Shown piece by piece: positions 1-10,214 of a DNA stretch of 64,000 bases (within the stretch, counting starts at the first letter, position 1; every line of letters starts with the position of its first letter). The translations under genes and the position numbers were made by a program. The DNA comes from Paraspadella gotoi. Its lineage: Eukaryota; Animalia; Chaetognatha. The DNA lies in contig CM119264.1 of NCBI GenBank assembly GCA_051294375.1, positions 3,409,810 through 3,473,809 on the forward strand, read 5' to 3'. Under the pieces are notes generated by a model. That model searched no databases. It saw only the letters and a program-made list of their open reading frames with translations, and had not been told where the DNA came from.

Positions 1-104
1 GGAGAGAGAGAGAGAGAGAGACGAGACATCAGCTGATTCGTCGTCAGGAATTTGCTGGCGACGCGAAAGCAGAAATCGTCTCTCGCCAATTAAGAGTCGA
101 CGTA

Positions 105-2107
105 GAAAGAAGCGTCTGGCTCTCCATCTGTCTCAACCCTCGTCTCACGACGAAAAAAAAGTATCTGAGTCACAAGTCACAAGTCTCGAAGCGAAATGCT
201 TGGTATCAAACAAGCAAATGAAACAGTTCAAACTTTAACAGTTAAACCAGGTTGTCTGCCTACCTGACTGTTCGTCGAAATGAGCTCCTCTTGTACCCAA
301 TCCATCTCACATAGACGTATGATCACCGAAATCAACTTTCAACGACTCAAAAACTATTTTTCACCCTTTTTTACTTTTTCGACCCAACCTTCCCCCAACT
401 CCCCACCTCCCCCCCCTTCTCTCCCTCGACAATCACATTCCTTTCGAACGGGTTCGAGCGATGGGAGGAGGAAATCGGGAGAACGAAGCGAATCGCTCGA
501 ACGCGACGGACGGAACCGACCGAGCGACCGACCGACCCCGACCGAGCCGACCGACCGGACCGACACGATCGACCGACTCGACGATCGACCGACCGACGCA
601 CCGATCCGCACCGGAGGCGCGACCGACGCCGACCGACCGACGACCGACCGACCGGCCGACCGATCACCGCACCGACCGACCGACCGACCGCGACCACGAC
701 CGACTTCTGGCTCAATTAGCGAGGCTCCTGTGATATTTTCCGTCATCCACCCTACTAAGCTCAATATAGTGTAGTTTGTTCGGCTCGCATAGCGAGGCCC
801 TGTGATGATTTTCCGTCCATGCCACCCTTACTAAGCTCATGTATAGTGTAGTTGTTTCTGGCTCGATAGCGAGGCCCTGTGATATGTTTCGTCATCCACC
901 CTTACTAAGCTCAGTATAGTGTAGTGTTCTGTCGATAGCGACGGCCCTGTGATATGTTTCGTCATCCACGCCTACTAAGCTCATATAGTGTAGTTGTTCT
1001 GGCTCGGATAGCGGAGGCCCTGTGATTTTTCCGTCATCCACTCCTACTAAGCTCATATAGTGTAGTTGGTTCTGGCTCGCTTAGGAGGGCCCTTGTGATA
1101 TTTTCCGTCATCCACGCCTACTAGCTCATATAGTGCGACCGACCGATCCGACCGGACGGACCGGACCGACTCGACCAACCGACCGACCGACCGACCCGAC
1201 CGACCGACCGGACCGACCGACCCACCGACCGGACGACCCACCGACCCACCGACCCAACTCCCCTATCCCCTGATCCCCGATAACGGGAGAGCCAAGGCCT
1301 CTCAGACTGCAATCTCTTTTCAAAAGTGTAATAGAGTTATTTGCGAGAGAGAGAGAGATCGAAGAGAGAGAGAGAGAGAGGGAAAGGAGAGGAGAAGGAG
1401 AGAGGTGAAGGAGAGGGGAGTGCCTTGCTTTTTCTTTATATTTTTTTTTTATTCGCGTAATTTTTCATAGGTGTCAAAAGTAAGAAAAGCAAGCACAAAA
1501 ATTTCCGCTAGCGCAAATAAATAGAAAAGAAGAAAAAGAAAAAAAGCAAAAAAGAAAACGAAAAAATAATAAGAAAAATTTATAAAAGATTTAGTTCAGA
1601 AATCAAGGGAAAACGTAAAAAGGATTTCGCTAAGACAATTTTTTTTTAAACTTTTAATCCGAGCCGTCACGAGTGATCGTTTTGTCAGGGGATATGTTAC
1701 TTTTTTGAAGTCCGATTTTTAACTTTACAAAAGAAGTCTTTATTCCTTTATTCATTTTTTATGACGGCTACTTTATTTTTTATATAGAAAAAATATCGAA
1801 AAAAATATATTTTTGTGGTGGATCGAGTTCACAGCTGAATTTAGTATTTAGTTTTAGGATCAGATCTGATTGCAACGAACTATTGCCAGGAAAATGGCAA
1901 CGAATAGGCAGCATACTTTTACTTAAAAAAAAAAACTTAAAGAACAAAAAGTGATCAATTGATGGCTCTTTTTTGAGTTCAGCCAAATTGCGAGTTCGGA
2001 GTCGTAAAATTTCTCCTTTAAAACTCGTTTCGTAGTGATCGGAGGAACCCACAAAAATATGAATCTTTAAAGAATAAAACGATGGAATTTCTGCATTTGG
2101 AATCGTT
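105..2107. repeat. Copy 1 of a ~2.0 kb direct duplication (noisy copy)
   Basis: Collinear with 2133-4154 throughout, differing by many 1-bp insertions. The copies are separated by exactly 25 N (2108-2132). Confidence 0.95.
707..1135. repeat. 70-bp minisatellite, 6 units (noisy copy)
   Basis: Units start near 707, 781, 858, 928, 999 and 1072. Flanked by (CCGA)n tracts at ~505-705 and ~1136-1256. Confidence 0.93.
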
Positions 2108-2132
2108 NNNNNNNNNNNNNNNNNNNNNNNNN

Positions 2133-3342
2133 GAAAGAAGCGTCTCGCTCTCCATCTGTCTCAACCCTCGTCTCACGACGAAAAAAAAGTATCTGAGTCA
2201 CAAGTCACAAGTCTCGAAGCGAAATGCTTGGTATCGAACAAGCAAATGAGAACAGTCAAACTTTAACAGTTAAACCTGGTTTCTTCCTACCTGACTGTTC
2301 GTCTAAATGAGCTCCTCTTGTACCCAATCCATCTCACATAACTATGATCACCGAAATCAACTTTCAACGACTCAAAACTATTTTCACCCGTTTTACTTTT
2401 TTCGAACTTCCAAGTGACTCCCTCCCATAGACGTCCCCCACTCCCCCCCCCTTCTCTCCCTCACAATCACATTCCTTTCGAACGGGTTCGAGCGAGGGAG
2501 GAGAAATCGGAGAACGAAGCGAATCGCTCGAACCGACGGACGAACCGACCGACCGACCGACCGACCGACCGACCGACCGACCGACCGACGATCGCGATCG
2601 ACCGACCGACCACCGACCGACGACCGACGATCGACCGACCGACCGATCCGACGGACCGACGACCGACCGATCGACCGACCGACGAGACACTCCGACCGAC
2701 CGACCAGACCGACCGACCGACAGCACCGTTCTGGCTCAATAGCGAGGCCCGTGTATATTTTCCGTCATCCACCCTACTAAGCTCATATAGTGTAGTTGTT
2801 CTGGCTCGGATAGCGAGGCCCTGTGATATTTTCCGTCATCCACCCTACTAAGCTCAATATAGTGTAGTTTTCTGGCTCGATAGCGAGGCCCTGTGATATT
2901 TTCGTCATCCACCCCTACTAAGCTCATATAGTGTAGTGTTCTGGCTCGATAGCGACGGCCCTGTGATATTTTCCGTCATCCACCCTACTAAGCTCATATA
3001 GTGTAGTTGTTCTGGCTCGATAGCGAGGCCCTGTGATATTTTTCCGTCATCCACCCTACTAAGCTCATATAGTGTAGTTGTTCGGCTCGATAGCGAGGCC
3101 CTGTGATATTTTCCGTCATCCACCCTACTAAGCTCATATAGTGCGACCGACCGACCGACCGACCGACCCGACCGACCGACCAACCGACCGACCGACCGAC
3201 CGACCGACCGACCGACCGACCGACCCACCGACCGACCGACCCACCGACCCACCGACCCAACTCCCCTATCCCCTGATCCCCGATAACGGGAGAGCCAAGG
3301 CTCTCAGACTGCAATCTCTTTTCAAAAGTGATAGAGTTATTT

Positions 3343-3389
<47 letters not shown>

Positions 3390-4154
3390 GAGGAGAGAGT
3401 GAGAGAGAGTGCCTGCTTTTCTTTATATTTTTTTTTATTCGCGTAATTTTTCATAGGTGTCAAAAGTAAGAAAAGCAAGCACAAAAATTCCGTAGCGCAA
3501 AATAAATAGAAAAAAGAAAAAAGAAAAAAAGCAAAAAAGAAAACCGAAAAAATAAAAGAAAATATTTAAAAAGATTTAAGTTCAGAAATCAAGGAAAAAC
3601 GTAAAAAGGATTTCGCTAAGACAATTTTTTTTTTAAACTTTAATCCGAGCCGTCAACGAGTTGATCGTTCTGTCAGGGATATGTTACTTTTTGAAGTCCG
3701 ATTTTAACTTTACAAAAGAAGTCTTTATTCTTTTATTCATTTTTTATGACGCTACTTATTTTTTATATTGAAAAATATAGAAAAAATATAGAAAAAATGT
3801 ATTTGTGGTGGATCGAGTTCACAGCGAACTTTTCAGTATCAGCCCCGGGCGAACGGGCGGGCGCGGTATGCGAGCGCGGGGGAGCCTGCTAGTTTTAGGA
3901 ATCAGATCTGATTGCAACGAACCTATTGCCAGAGAAAATGCAACGAATGAGCATCAATGACTTTTTACTTAAAAAAAAAAAGCTTAAAGAACCAAAGTGA
4001 ATCAATTGATGGCTTTTTAGTTCAGCCAAATTGCGAGTTCCGAGAGTCGTAAAATTCTCCTTTAAAACTCGTTCGTAGTGAATCGGAGGAACCCACAAAA
4101 AATATGAATCTTTAAAGGAATAAAAACGATGGAATTCGATTTGGGGGAATCGTT
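2133..4154. repeat. Copy 2 of the ~2.0 kb direct duplication
   Basis: Starts GAAAGAAGCGTCT like 105. Same order: CCGA tract, six 70-bp units, CCGA tract, AG tract, AT-rich tail. Confidence 0.95.
2731..3143. repeat. 70-bp minisatellite, 6 units; consensus CTGGCTCGATAGCGAGGCCCTGTGATATTTTCCGTCATCCACCCTACTAAGCTCATATAGTGTAGTTGTT
   Basis: Head-to-tail units at ~2731, 2801, 2872, 2941, 3012 and 3082 with no spacers. Flanked by (CCGA)n at ~2532-2721 and ~3144-3258. Confidence 0.95.
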
Positions 4155-4179
4155 GGCGGGAAACGGGAAAGAAGCGTCG
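3640..4179 (+). CDS. Probable 5' exons of the VDAC/porin-like gene, frame-broken by sequence noise (duplicate at ~1655-2107)
   Basis: Fragments in VDAC order: DRFVRGYVTFLKSDF (1675-1719, cf. VDAC RDVFTKGY...IKLD), IEFTA (1822-1836 and 3812-3826, cf. LEFTS) and ETGKKR (4160-4177, cf. NTGKK), followed by donor GTAGG at 4180. Exact exon boundaries are not recoverable. Confidence 0.5.
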
Positions 4180-4189
4180 GTAGGATGAA

Positions 4190-4470
4190 GACATTTTGAA
4201 GGTCGGAGTCATGGAAACGCTTTGAAGGTCGGAGTAGAGAGGATTTTTGAAGGCTTGTCAAAAGGTCGGAGTGGAGAGGCTTGTTAAAAGCTTAGGCAAA
4301 GGTTGGAGTAGAGACCGAAAGGCTTGCCGAAGGCTTGTAAAAATCACAAAAAAGGTTTTTCAAATTTCAGAGTCGTAAAGAGCCTCATCAAAGGTCGGAG
4401 TTGCAAAGGCTTATTATAGGTCGGAGTCCCAAAGAGCCTCGTCAAAAGTCGGAGTCACAGAGGTTCGTCA
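4190..4470. repeat. Degenerate intronic repeat with core AAGGTCGGAGT / AAGGCTTG
   Basis: About 8-10 dispersed copies of the core within the putative intron 4180-4473. Confidence 0.7.
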
Positions 4471-4473
4471 AAG

Positions 4474-4564
4474 GATGGTCTTTGTCGGAATCAAAGTCGC
4501 CCTTCAAAATCATGAGATCAAAATTAACGCGGACGCTGAGGCGGCGCTGCCACTCGTTATTCAG
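4474..4564 (+). CDS. VDAC/porin-like gene, internal exon (R)MVFVGIKVALQNHEIKINADAEAALPLVIQ
   Basis: Open frame ending CAG|GTAGGT at 4564/4565. Acceptor CAAAG|G is phase-compatible with the 4179 donor but weak. Resembles VDAC AKIKTGYKREHINLGCD. Confidence 0.72.
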
Positions 4565-4685
4565 GTAGGTGACGGGGGGCGGAGCGTTTTCTAGCAATTA
4601 ACTATCTTTTTCCCACTCATAATAACTAATTAATAAATTAATAAATAATATTAAATAAATAGGCTTTACGTTCGTTTTTTCCCAG

Positions 4686-4787
4686 ACATGCGCTTCAGCG
4701 ATGCTAAAGCAAGACATTCAACACGACCTGCATATCGGCGTCAGACTCTGGCTTCCACTCTATCCCAGCCTCACCGCTCAATTTCAG
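4686..4787 (+). CDS. VDAC/porin-like gene, internal exon TCASAMLKQDIQHDLHIGVRLWLPLYPSLTAQFQ
   Basis: TTTTTTCCCAG| acceptor and CAG|GTGAAT donor. 102 nt, phase 0-0, open and in frame with its neighbours. Confidence 0.82.
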
Positions 4788-4813
4788 GTGAATTTTTACA
4801 TTTTCTTTCTTGT

Positions 4814-4845
<32 letters not shown>

Positions 4846-5003
4846 TTTGTTGTTTCTCTCTCGTTTTCTTTTTTTTTTTGTTTTTTTTTGTAATTTTGTT
4901 TTATTTATCTTCTTCGTTAACTTTCTGTTTTTTCTTTCTCTTTTAATCTTTATTTGGTTTTCTGTTTATTATTTTATGGTATTGTTTTGTTTCTTTTGAC
5001 GAG

Positions 5004-5175
5004 ACCGTCTTTCCCCCCACCCCCTCGGCGCAGGGTATCGGCGGCTTCCAAGGCGCCCTCTCCAACTTTAAACCCTCCTTCTTGCCCAGCGCCTCGCCCG
5101 TCTTCAATTTCGCTTGGGGATTCGAGTCCACGCCCACTATCGACGCATGTACTCTCTGCGTCGGACATTGGATCA
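5004..5175 (+). CDS. VDAC/porin-like gene, internal exon (TVFPPTPSAQ)GIGGFQGALSNFKPSFLPSASPVFNFAWGFESTPTIDACTLCVGHWI
   Basis: GC-rich island after a T-rich intron. Two in-frame acceptors (AG ending at 5003 or 5033). Donor A|GTGAGG at 5175/5176 gives phase 1, matching the next exon. The joined peptide HWINRQL parallels VDAC QKVNKKL. Confidence 0.8.
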
Positions 5176-5399
5176 GTGAGGATTCTTGGAGGGGGGGGGG
5201 CAATCCGTTCGTTCATTAGATGATTCATTCGTTCGATTTGTCATTCTCTCGCTTCCTTCATTCAATAATTATTTTTTATACATTAAATCATGGCTTCATT
5301 TTTTCCTTTATTCATTGATTAGTTTATTCATTCATTCATTCATTCATTCATTCATTCATTCATTCATAATTCCAATTATTTTTTTGGATTGATCAACAG

Positions 5400-5665
5400 A
5401 CCGGCAACTCTCGTTCATGGCTTCGACTGACCTACGCGGCGCTACGGAGCTGCATCTGCGGAGCTGGAGCGTGGGCGTGACTCTGAGCCCGGCCGGCGGT
5501 TTTTGGCTGGTCGCCGCCTTCAACGACCAGAAACAGTTGGGACTGGGGCTCCGATACAATGTGCCGGGGCTGAACGCGGCCGTCGCGGGCAGCCTCGTGC
5601 TGGAGACGGGGAGGCCCGCCTACGATCAGAACAAAGCGACGCTGGGGATCGAGTTTCCTACTTGA
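5400..5665 (+). CDS. VDAC/porin-like (Porin_3 family) gene, terminal exon
   Basis: CAACAG| acceptor. AAFNDQKQLGLGLRYNVPGLNAAVAGSLVL...NKATLGIEFPT* aligns by eye with VDAC [29 protein letters not shown]...HKLGLGLEFQA*, with an alternating hydrophobic beta-strand pattern. TGA at 5663-5665. Confidence 0.85.
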
Positions 5666-5910
5666 TGGAGTGATGTTGGAATTTGATGGGGGAGAATCGG
5701 GATGCTGGGCGATGAAGAGCGATGCAGAATTGAGTTTAACCTTTTACATTATTAATTTAAATTGTTTTTTTTTATATTCGGAGTTGATTAAATTGATAAA
5801 TTTGTTTTGGACGCTATGATGAAAAGTTATTACTTTATTTAAAAACACATGTTCACTTGTGCCAATAATAATGTTTAAAAATGTCGCAAGATTTACTCCT
5901 AATTTATTAT

Positions 5911-5916
5911 AATAAA
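5911..5916 (+). terminator. Candidate polyadenylation signal AATAAA of the VDAC-like gene
   Basis: AATAAA ~245 bp after the stop, followed by a GT/T-rich tract (CTGGTTTGTTTGTTTT). The AT-rich context makes a chance match possible. Confidence 0.4.
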
Positions 5917-5968
5917 AAAACTGGTTTGTTTGTTTTCCTTTCTATTTCGTTGGTGAAACAGACGTTCG

Positions 5969-6013
5969 TTTAGAGACAGAAAATTTCATTTTCACAACGA
6001 ATTGTTTTTATTA

Positions 6014-6047
<34 letters not shown>

Positions 6048-6181
6048 AATTTATGACTTGCCAAAGTTTTGTATTTCAAATTCTCAAAATGCACTAATGA
6101 TGAACAAAACAATTGTTCGAAACATGTCTGCATTAATAATAAAAACAATTCGTTGTGAAAATCAAATTTTCTGTCTCTAAA
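5969..6181. mobile_element. MITE with 46-bp terminal inverted repeats and internal (CT)n
   Basis: TTTAGAGACAGAAAATTTCATTTTCACAACGAATTGTTTTTATTAT (5969-6014) versus its reverse complement at 6136-6181, one mismatch. Can be read as element 5973-6177 with TA on both sides. Confidence 0.85.
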
Positions 6182-6749
6182 TAAAAAAAACTGTTACGAA
6201 TTAGGTAGTTTATCTCGAACTTTACTGAAAGCCATATCTTTGTGATTTTTCCCGGTGAATCGCCTCTTTCGATTCTGTGTTCACAGTTCACAGTTCACTC
6301 ATCTTCGATCTCCATTGTTTTTGTATTTCTGACCCAAAGACCAAAATCACTCTTTTCGATCCACGCGAAGGAATGTAACATCGAGCGTGAAAATGAGCTC
6401 CCGCATCAGGTGACCAGGTGACCCAGTATCTCGCCAATCAGGTGACCCAGTATCTCGCCAATCCATCTCCCAGAAAAACTATTCGATCTTTAAAGCCGAC
6501 ACCTTTCGGTAGCCTCCCTCTTCTGCCTCCTTTCGAAAACCCCAGGCCATTAAGGGTCGAACCGCCCACCCTCTTCCGATCTGACCAGTGATCGACCCTA
6601 TCCCCCGCCCCCGCAAATAACTGGTGAAACTCACAGTTCAGGAAATTGGTTCGTTGCTCTTCACCCGCGACGCTCCAGTCGTCTCATGACTCATCTTATC
6701 TCACATAAACTTGAACTCGTAGCTCAGCTCGAACATCTAGCTGCGGCTC

Positions 6750-7130
6750 GTGCTCGGCGTCGGCTCGGCTCGGCTCGGCTCGGCGCTCGGCTCGGCTCGG
6801 CTCGGCTCGGCTCGGCTCGGCTCGGCCTCGGCTCGGCTCGGCTCGGCTCGAGCTCGGCTCGGCTCGGCTACGGCTCCAACTCATTCTCATCTCAAGTCCC
6901 AACTTCAACTCAAGCTCAACGTCGAAGCTGGCAAGCGCAGACTCAACTGGCAAGGGCTCAGACTCAACTCAATGCGTCAAGCTCAACTCAACTGCAAACG
7001 GTCAACTTCTAACTATACGTCAGGACTGCGAGGCGTCGAGAAGCGTCGACTCAAACGCACTCAAACTCAACCTCTAACTATACTCAAACTCGACTCGAAC
7101 TCGACTTCAACTCAACCTCAACTCAAACTG
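6750..7130. repeat. (CTCGG)n pentanucleotide tract grading into a degenerate (CTCAA/AACTC)n tract
   Basis: Direct reading: CTCGG run at 6750-6868, CTCAA-like repeats afterwards. Confidence 0.85.
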
Positions 7131-7736
7131 AGTCTCCGCCCTTCCGCTTCCTTAAAGTTCACCTTCTCCATTTCAACTATTGACCATTCCCTCCACCTTT
7201 CCCGTCTTCATTANNNNNNNNNNGCCTTCTGCCTTCTGCCTTCTGCCTTCTACTTTCCGGGCGTCCTTCTCACTTTCGACCAATCGAGACTCAGGGGTAA
7301 GGAAACGAAAAGGAAAGTGCGTAGATTTTTACTTTTCGTTAATCCGTCGTTGTTTCTTTGCTTTGTTAATCTCAGCGACCAATGAGAATGCTTTCTTTCT
7401 CGCCTTTAAACTCTTCACAATCCTAAGTTATTTGTACTGACTCGATCTGATTTTTCGCCCTTTTGCCCAAGAGCTCCCTACCTTTGGTAAGTGCATCGTT
7501 TAATCATCTAATTGAGATACTCGCGTTGACGGAAGACGCGCCTTCGATATTTGTGCGCGAACGAGAATCGAAAATATCTGTCACTATCAGTACGAATTCT
7601 TGACATATCAGTTGACGAGTTTTACTCAACAAAGTAATATAAGGTTGTCGTTTGTAACATATATTTAAAAATAGAAAAACAAAACGATGCAGTCTTGGAA
7701 TATTTTGATAATTCGAAATTTTTTTTTAAATTTTGC

Positions 7737-7812
7737 TTGAGACCCGATCCCGCCCCCCCAAGGAGTCTTGAGACCTGCTTGAGACCTGGTCCCGCCCCCC
7801 CAAGGAGTCTTT
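7737..7812. repeat. Short direct repeat, two copies of TTGAGACCyGrTCCCGCCCCCCCAAGGAGTCTT
   Basis: Copies at ~7738-7770 and ~7779-7811. Confidence 0.8.
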
Positions 7813-10214
7813 AGTTGACGCTTCCTTTCTTATTCCTTTTAAGACCTGCGTTTATTTTTCGACGCGACGACGATGACGACGAAGACGACGACGNNNNNNN
7901 NNNNNNNNNNNNNNNNNNNNNNNNNNNNNNNNNNNNNNNNNNNNNNNNNNNNNNNNNNNNNNNNNNNNNNNNNNNNNNNNNNNNNNNNNNNNNNNNNNNN
8001 NNNNNNNNNNNNNNNNNNNNNNNNNNNNNNNNNNNNNNNNNNNNNNNNNNNNNNNNNNNNNNNNNNNNNNNNNNNNNNNNNNNNNNNNNNNNNNNNNNNN
8101 NNNNNNNNNNNNACGACGACGACGACGACGACGACGATTCAGAAAGTACACAAATGTATCCCAGTGGAGCGACGGCTTTGAGTGAAGCGGGCGTGAGGGG
8201 ATAAAAGGCGAGGGAAGAATGAAAGAATCGTGAAATATGATGTTTACGAGGTAAGTTGTTGACAAGGTAAGTCGTCGACTATAAAAAAGCAGCGAATCAG
8301 AAAGGAAACTCTCCAAAGGAAACTCGTCTCGAAAGAATCGAGACTAAATACGTACGGCGTCGTACGCATGGATTTAAAAAAGAATAAGAAGCTTTGGAAA
8401 GAGTTTGCAATGCGTTCTCATTTAATGGACGATGAACCGAAACGATTAAATGGATGACGCAATAAAAAAAACATATTCGTTTAATTATATCCCTGCCACT
8501 GCCCCCCCCCCTCAAAAAAAACAAAAAAACTCGTTACTGTTAACAATTGACTCAAATCAAAATCCAGGAAGTTTTTATACTTATATACTTAACTTTTTTT
8601 TAAAGATAAAAAAAAAGATAATTGTTTTCGAACGAAGGGACTTTTTTTTAAACGACTTGGATCGAGTCGAAGTTTTCATTCATCTTTTGGTTCATTTGTT
8701 TCTTCGGCCATTTCCTCCAACCCGCCCCCTNNNNNNNNNNNNNNNNNNNNNNNNNNNNNNNNNNNNNNNNNNNNNNNNNNNNNNNNNNNNNNNNNNNNNN
8801 NNNNNNNNNNNNNNNNNNNNNNNNNNNNNNNNNNNNNNNNNNNNNNNNNNNNNNNNNNNNNNNNNNNNNNNNNNNNNNNNNNNNNNNNNNNNNNNNNNNN
8901 NNNNNNNNNNNNNNNNNNNNNNNNNNNNNNNNNNNNNNNNNNNNNNNNNNNNNNNNNNNNNNNNNNNNNNNNTTTTAACCTTTCCGACATATTCTTTGGC
9001 TGTATTCATTAACATGTACATTAATTATTTCATTGATACATTAATACAATAATGTATTAATAATANNNNNNNNNNNNNNNNNNNNNNNNNNNNNNNNNNN
9101 NNNNNNNNNNNNNNNNNNNNNNNNNNNNNNNNNNNNNNNNNNNNNNNNNNNNNNNNNNNNNNNNNNNNNNNNNNNNNNNNNNNNNNNNNNNNNNNNNNNN
9201 NNNNNNNNNNNNNNNNNNNNNNNNNNNNNNNNNNNNNNNNNNNNNNNNNNNNNNNNNNNNNNNNNNNNNNNNNNNNNNNNNNNNNNNNNNNNNNNNNNNN
9301 NNNNNNNNNNNNNNNNNNNNNNNNNNNNNNNNNNNNNNNNNNNNNNNNNNNNNNNNNNNNNNNNNNNNNNNNNNNNNNNNNNNNNNNNNNNNNNNNNNNN
9401 NNNNNNNNNNNNNNNNNNNNNNNNNNNNNNNNNNNNNNNNNNNNNNNNNNNNNNNNNNNNNNNNNNNNNNNNNNNNNNNNNNNNNNNNNNNNNNNNNNNN
9501 NNNNNNNNNNNNNNNNNNNNNNNNNNNNNNNNNNNNNNNNNNNNNNNNNNNNNNNNNNNNNNNNNNNNNNNNNNNNNNNNNNNNNNNNNNNNNNNNNNNN
9601 NNNNNNNNNNNNNNNNNNNNNNNNNNNNNNNNNNNNNNNNNNNNNNNNNNNNNNNNNNNNNNNNNNNNNNNNNNNNNNNNNNNNNNNNNNNNNNNNNNNN
9701 NNNNNNNNNNNNNNNNNNNNNNNNNNNNNNNNNNNNNNNNNNNCTTCTAACACTCGGCCAACGCGCGCGCTCCGAGTTTTTCTAATTAATCAGTCCGGGT
9801 TTTAATGAACTTGCAGACTCAAAAACTTTTCGTTACACCACGCCGCCGCCGACGACGACGACGACGACGACGACGATGATGATGACGTCCAAAAAAAAAA
9901 AGTAAAGTTATGGCCGGCGGTTCGCGTTCCTGTTTAGCACGGCAGGTTGAAAGATTCCTTCGGTAAGACCCGAGTCTGAGAAAGGGGAAAGCAAAAAAAA
10001 AAAACGTTCGTCAATAGTTATTAAAAGCAACGATCGAGCGGAATCCAACTGTTCCAAACTACTCTACAGTAGAGTGTTTTGAAAATGATAAAATTTTAGA
10101 AAATTAAAATTTAGTATNNNNNNNNNNNNNNNNNNNNNNNNNATAGAATATAGTCCACTGGTGCCCCCTTTCACTAATATATAATTAAAAAAATAAAACT
10201 CACGGCAAAGTATT

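Noticed and set aside
707-3143. 70-bp arrays as a CRISPR array
   Set aside because: Units are head-to-tail and near-identical with no unique spacers, there are no cas genes and the context is eukaryotic.
2731-3143. 70-bp unit as a hammerhead ribozyme repeat
   Set aside because: Neither strand has the CUGANGA plus GAAA core in the required arrangement.
280-3484. ORFs rich in PTDR/GRSV repeats
   Set aside because: Translations of (CCGA)n, open on both strands in several frames.
3838-3890. GC-rich ~50-bp insertion present only in duplicate copy 2
   Set aside because: No TSD or structure; most simply a burst of read error in an already noisy segment.
5186-5223. Extension of the VDAC-like exon to a donor at 5207 (WRGGAIH reading)
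   Set aside because: Needs a frameshift in the G10 run, whereas GTGAGG at 5176 gives the correct phase with no correction.
6686-7385. ARLGS-repeat ORFs
   Set aside because: Translations of (CTCGG)n and (CTCAA)n repeats.
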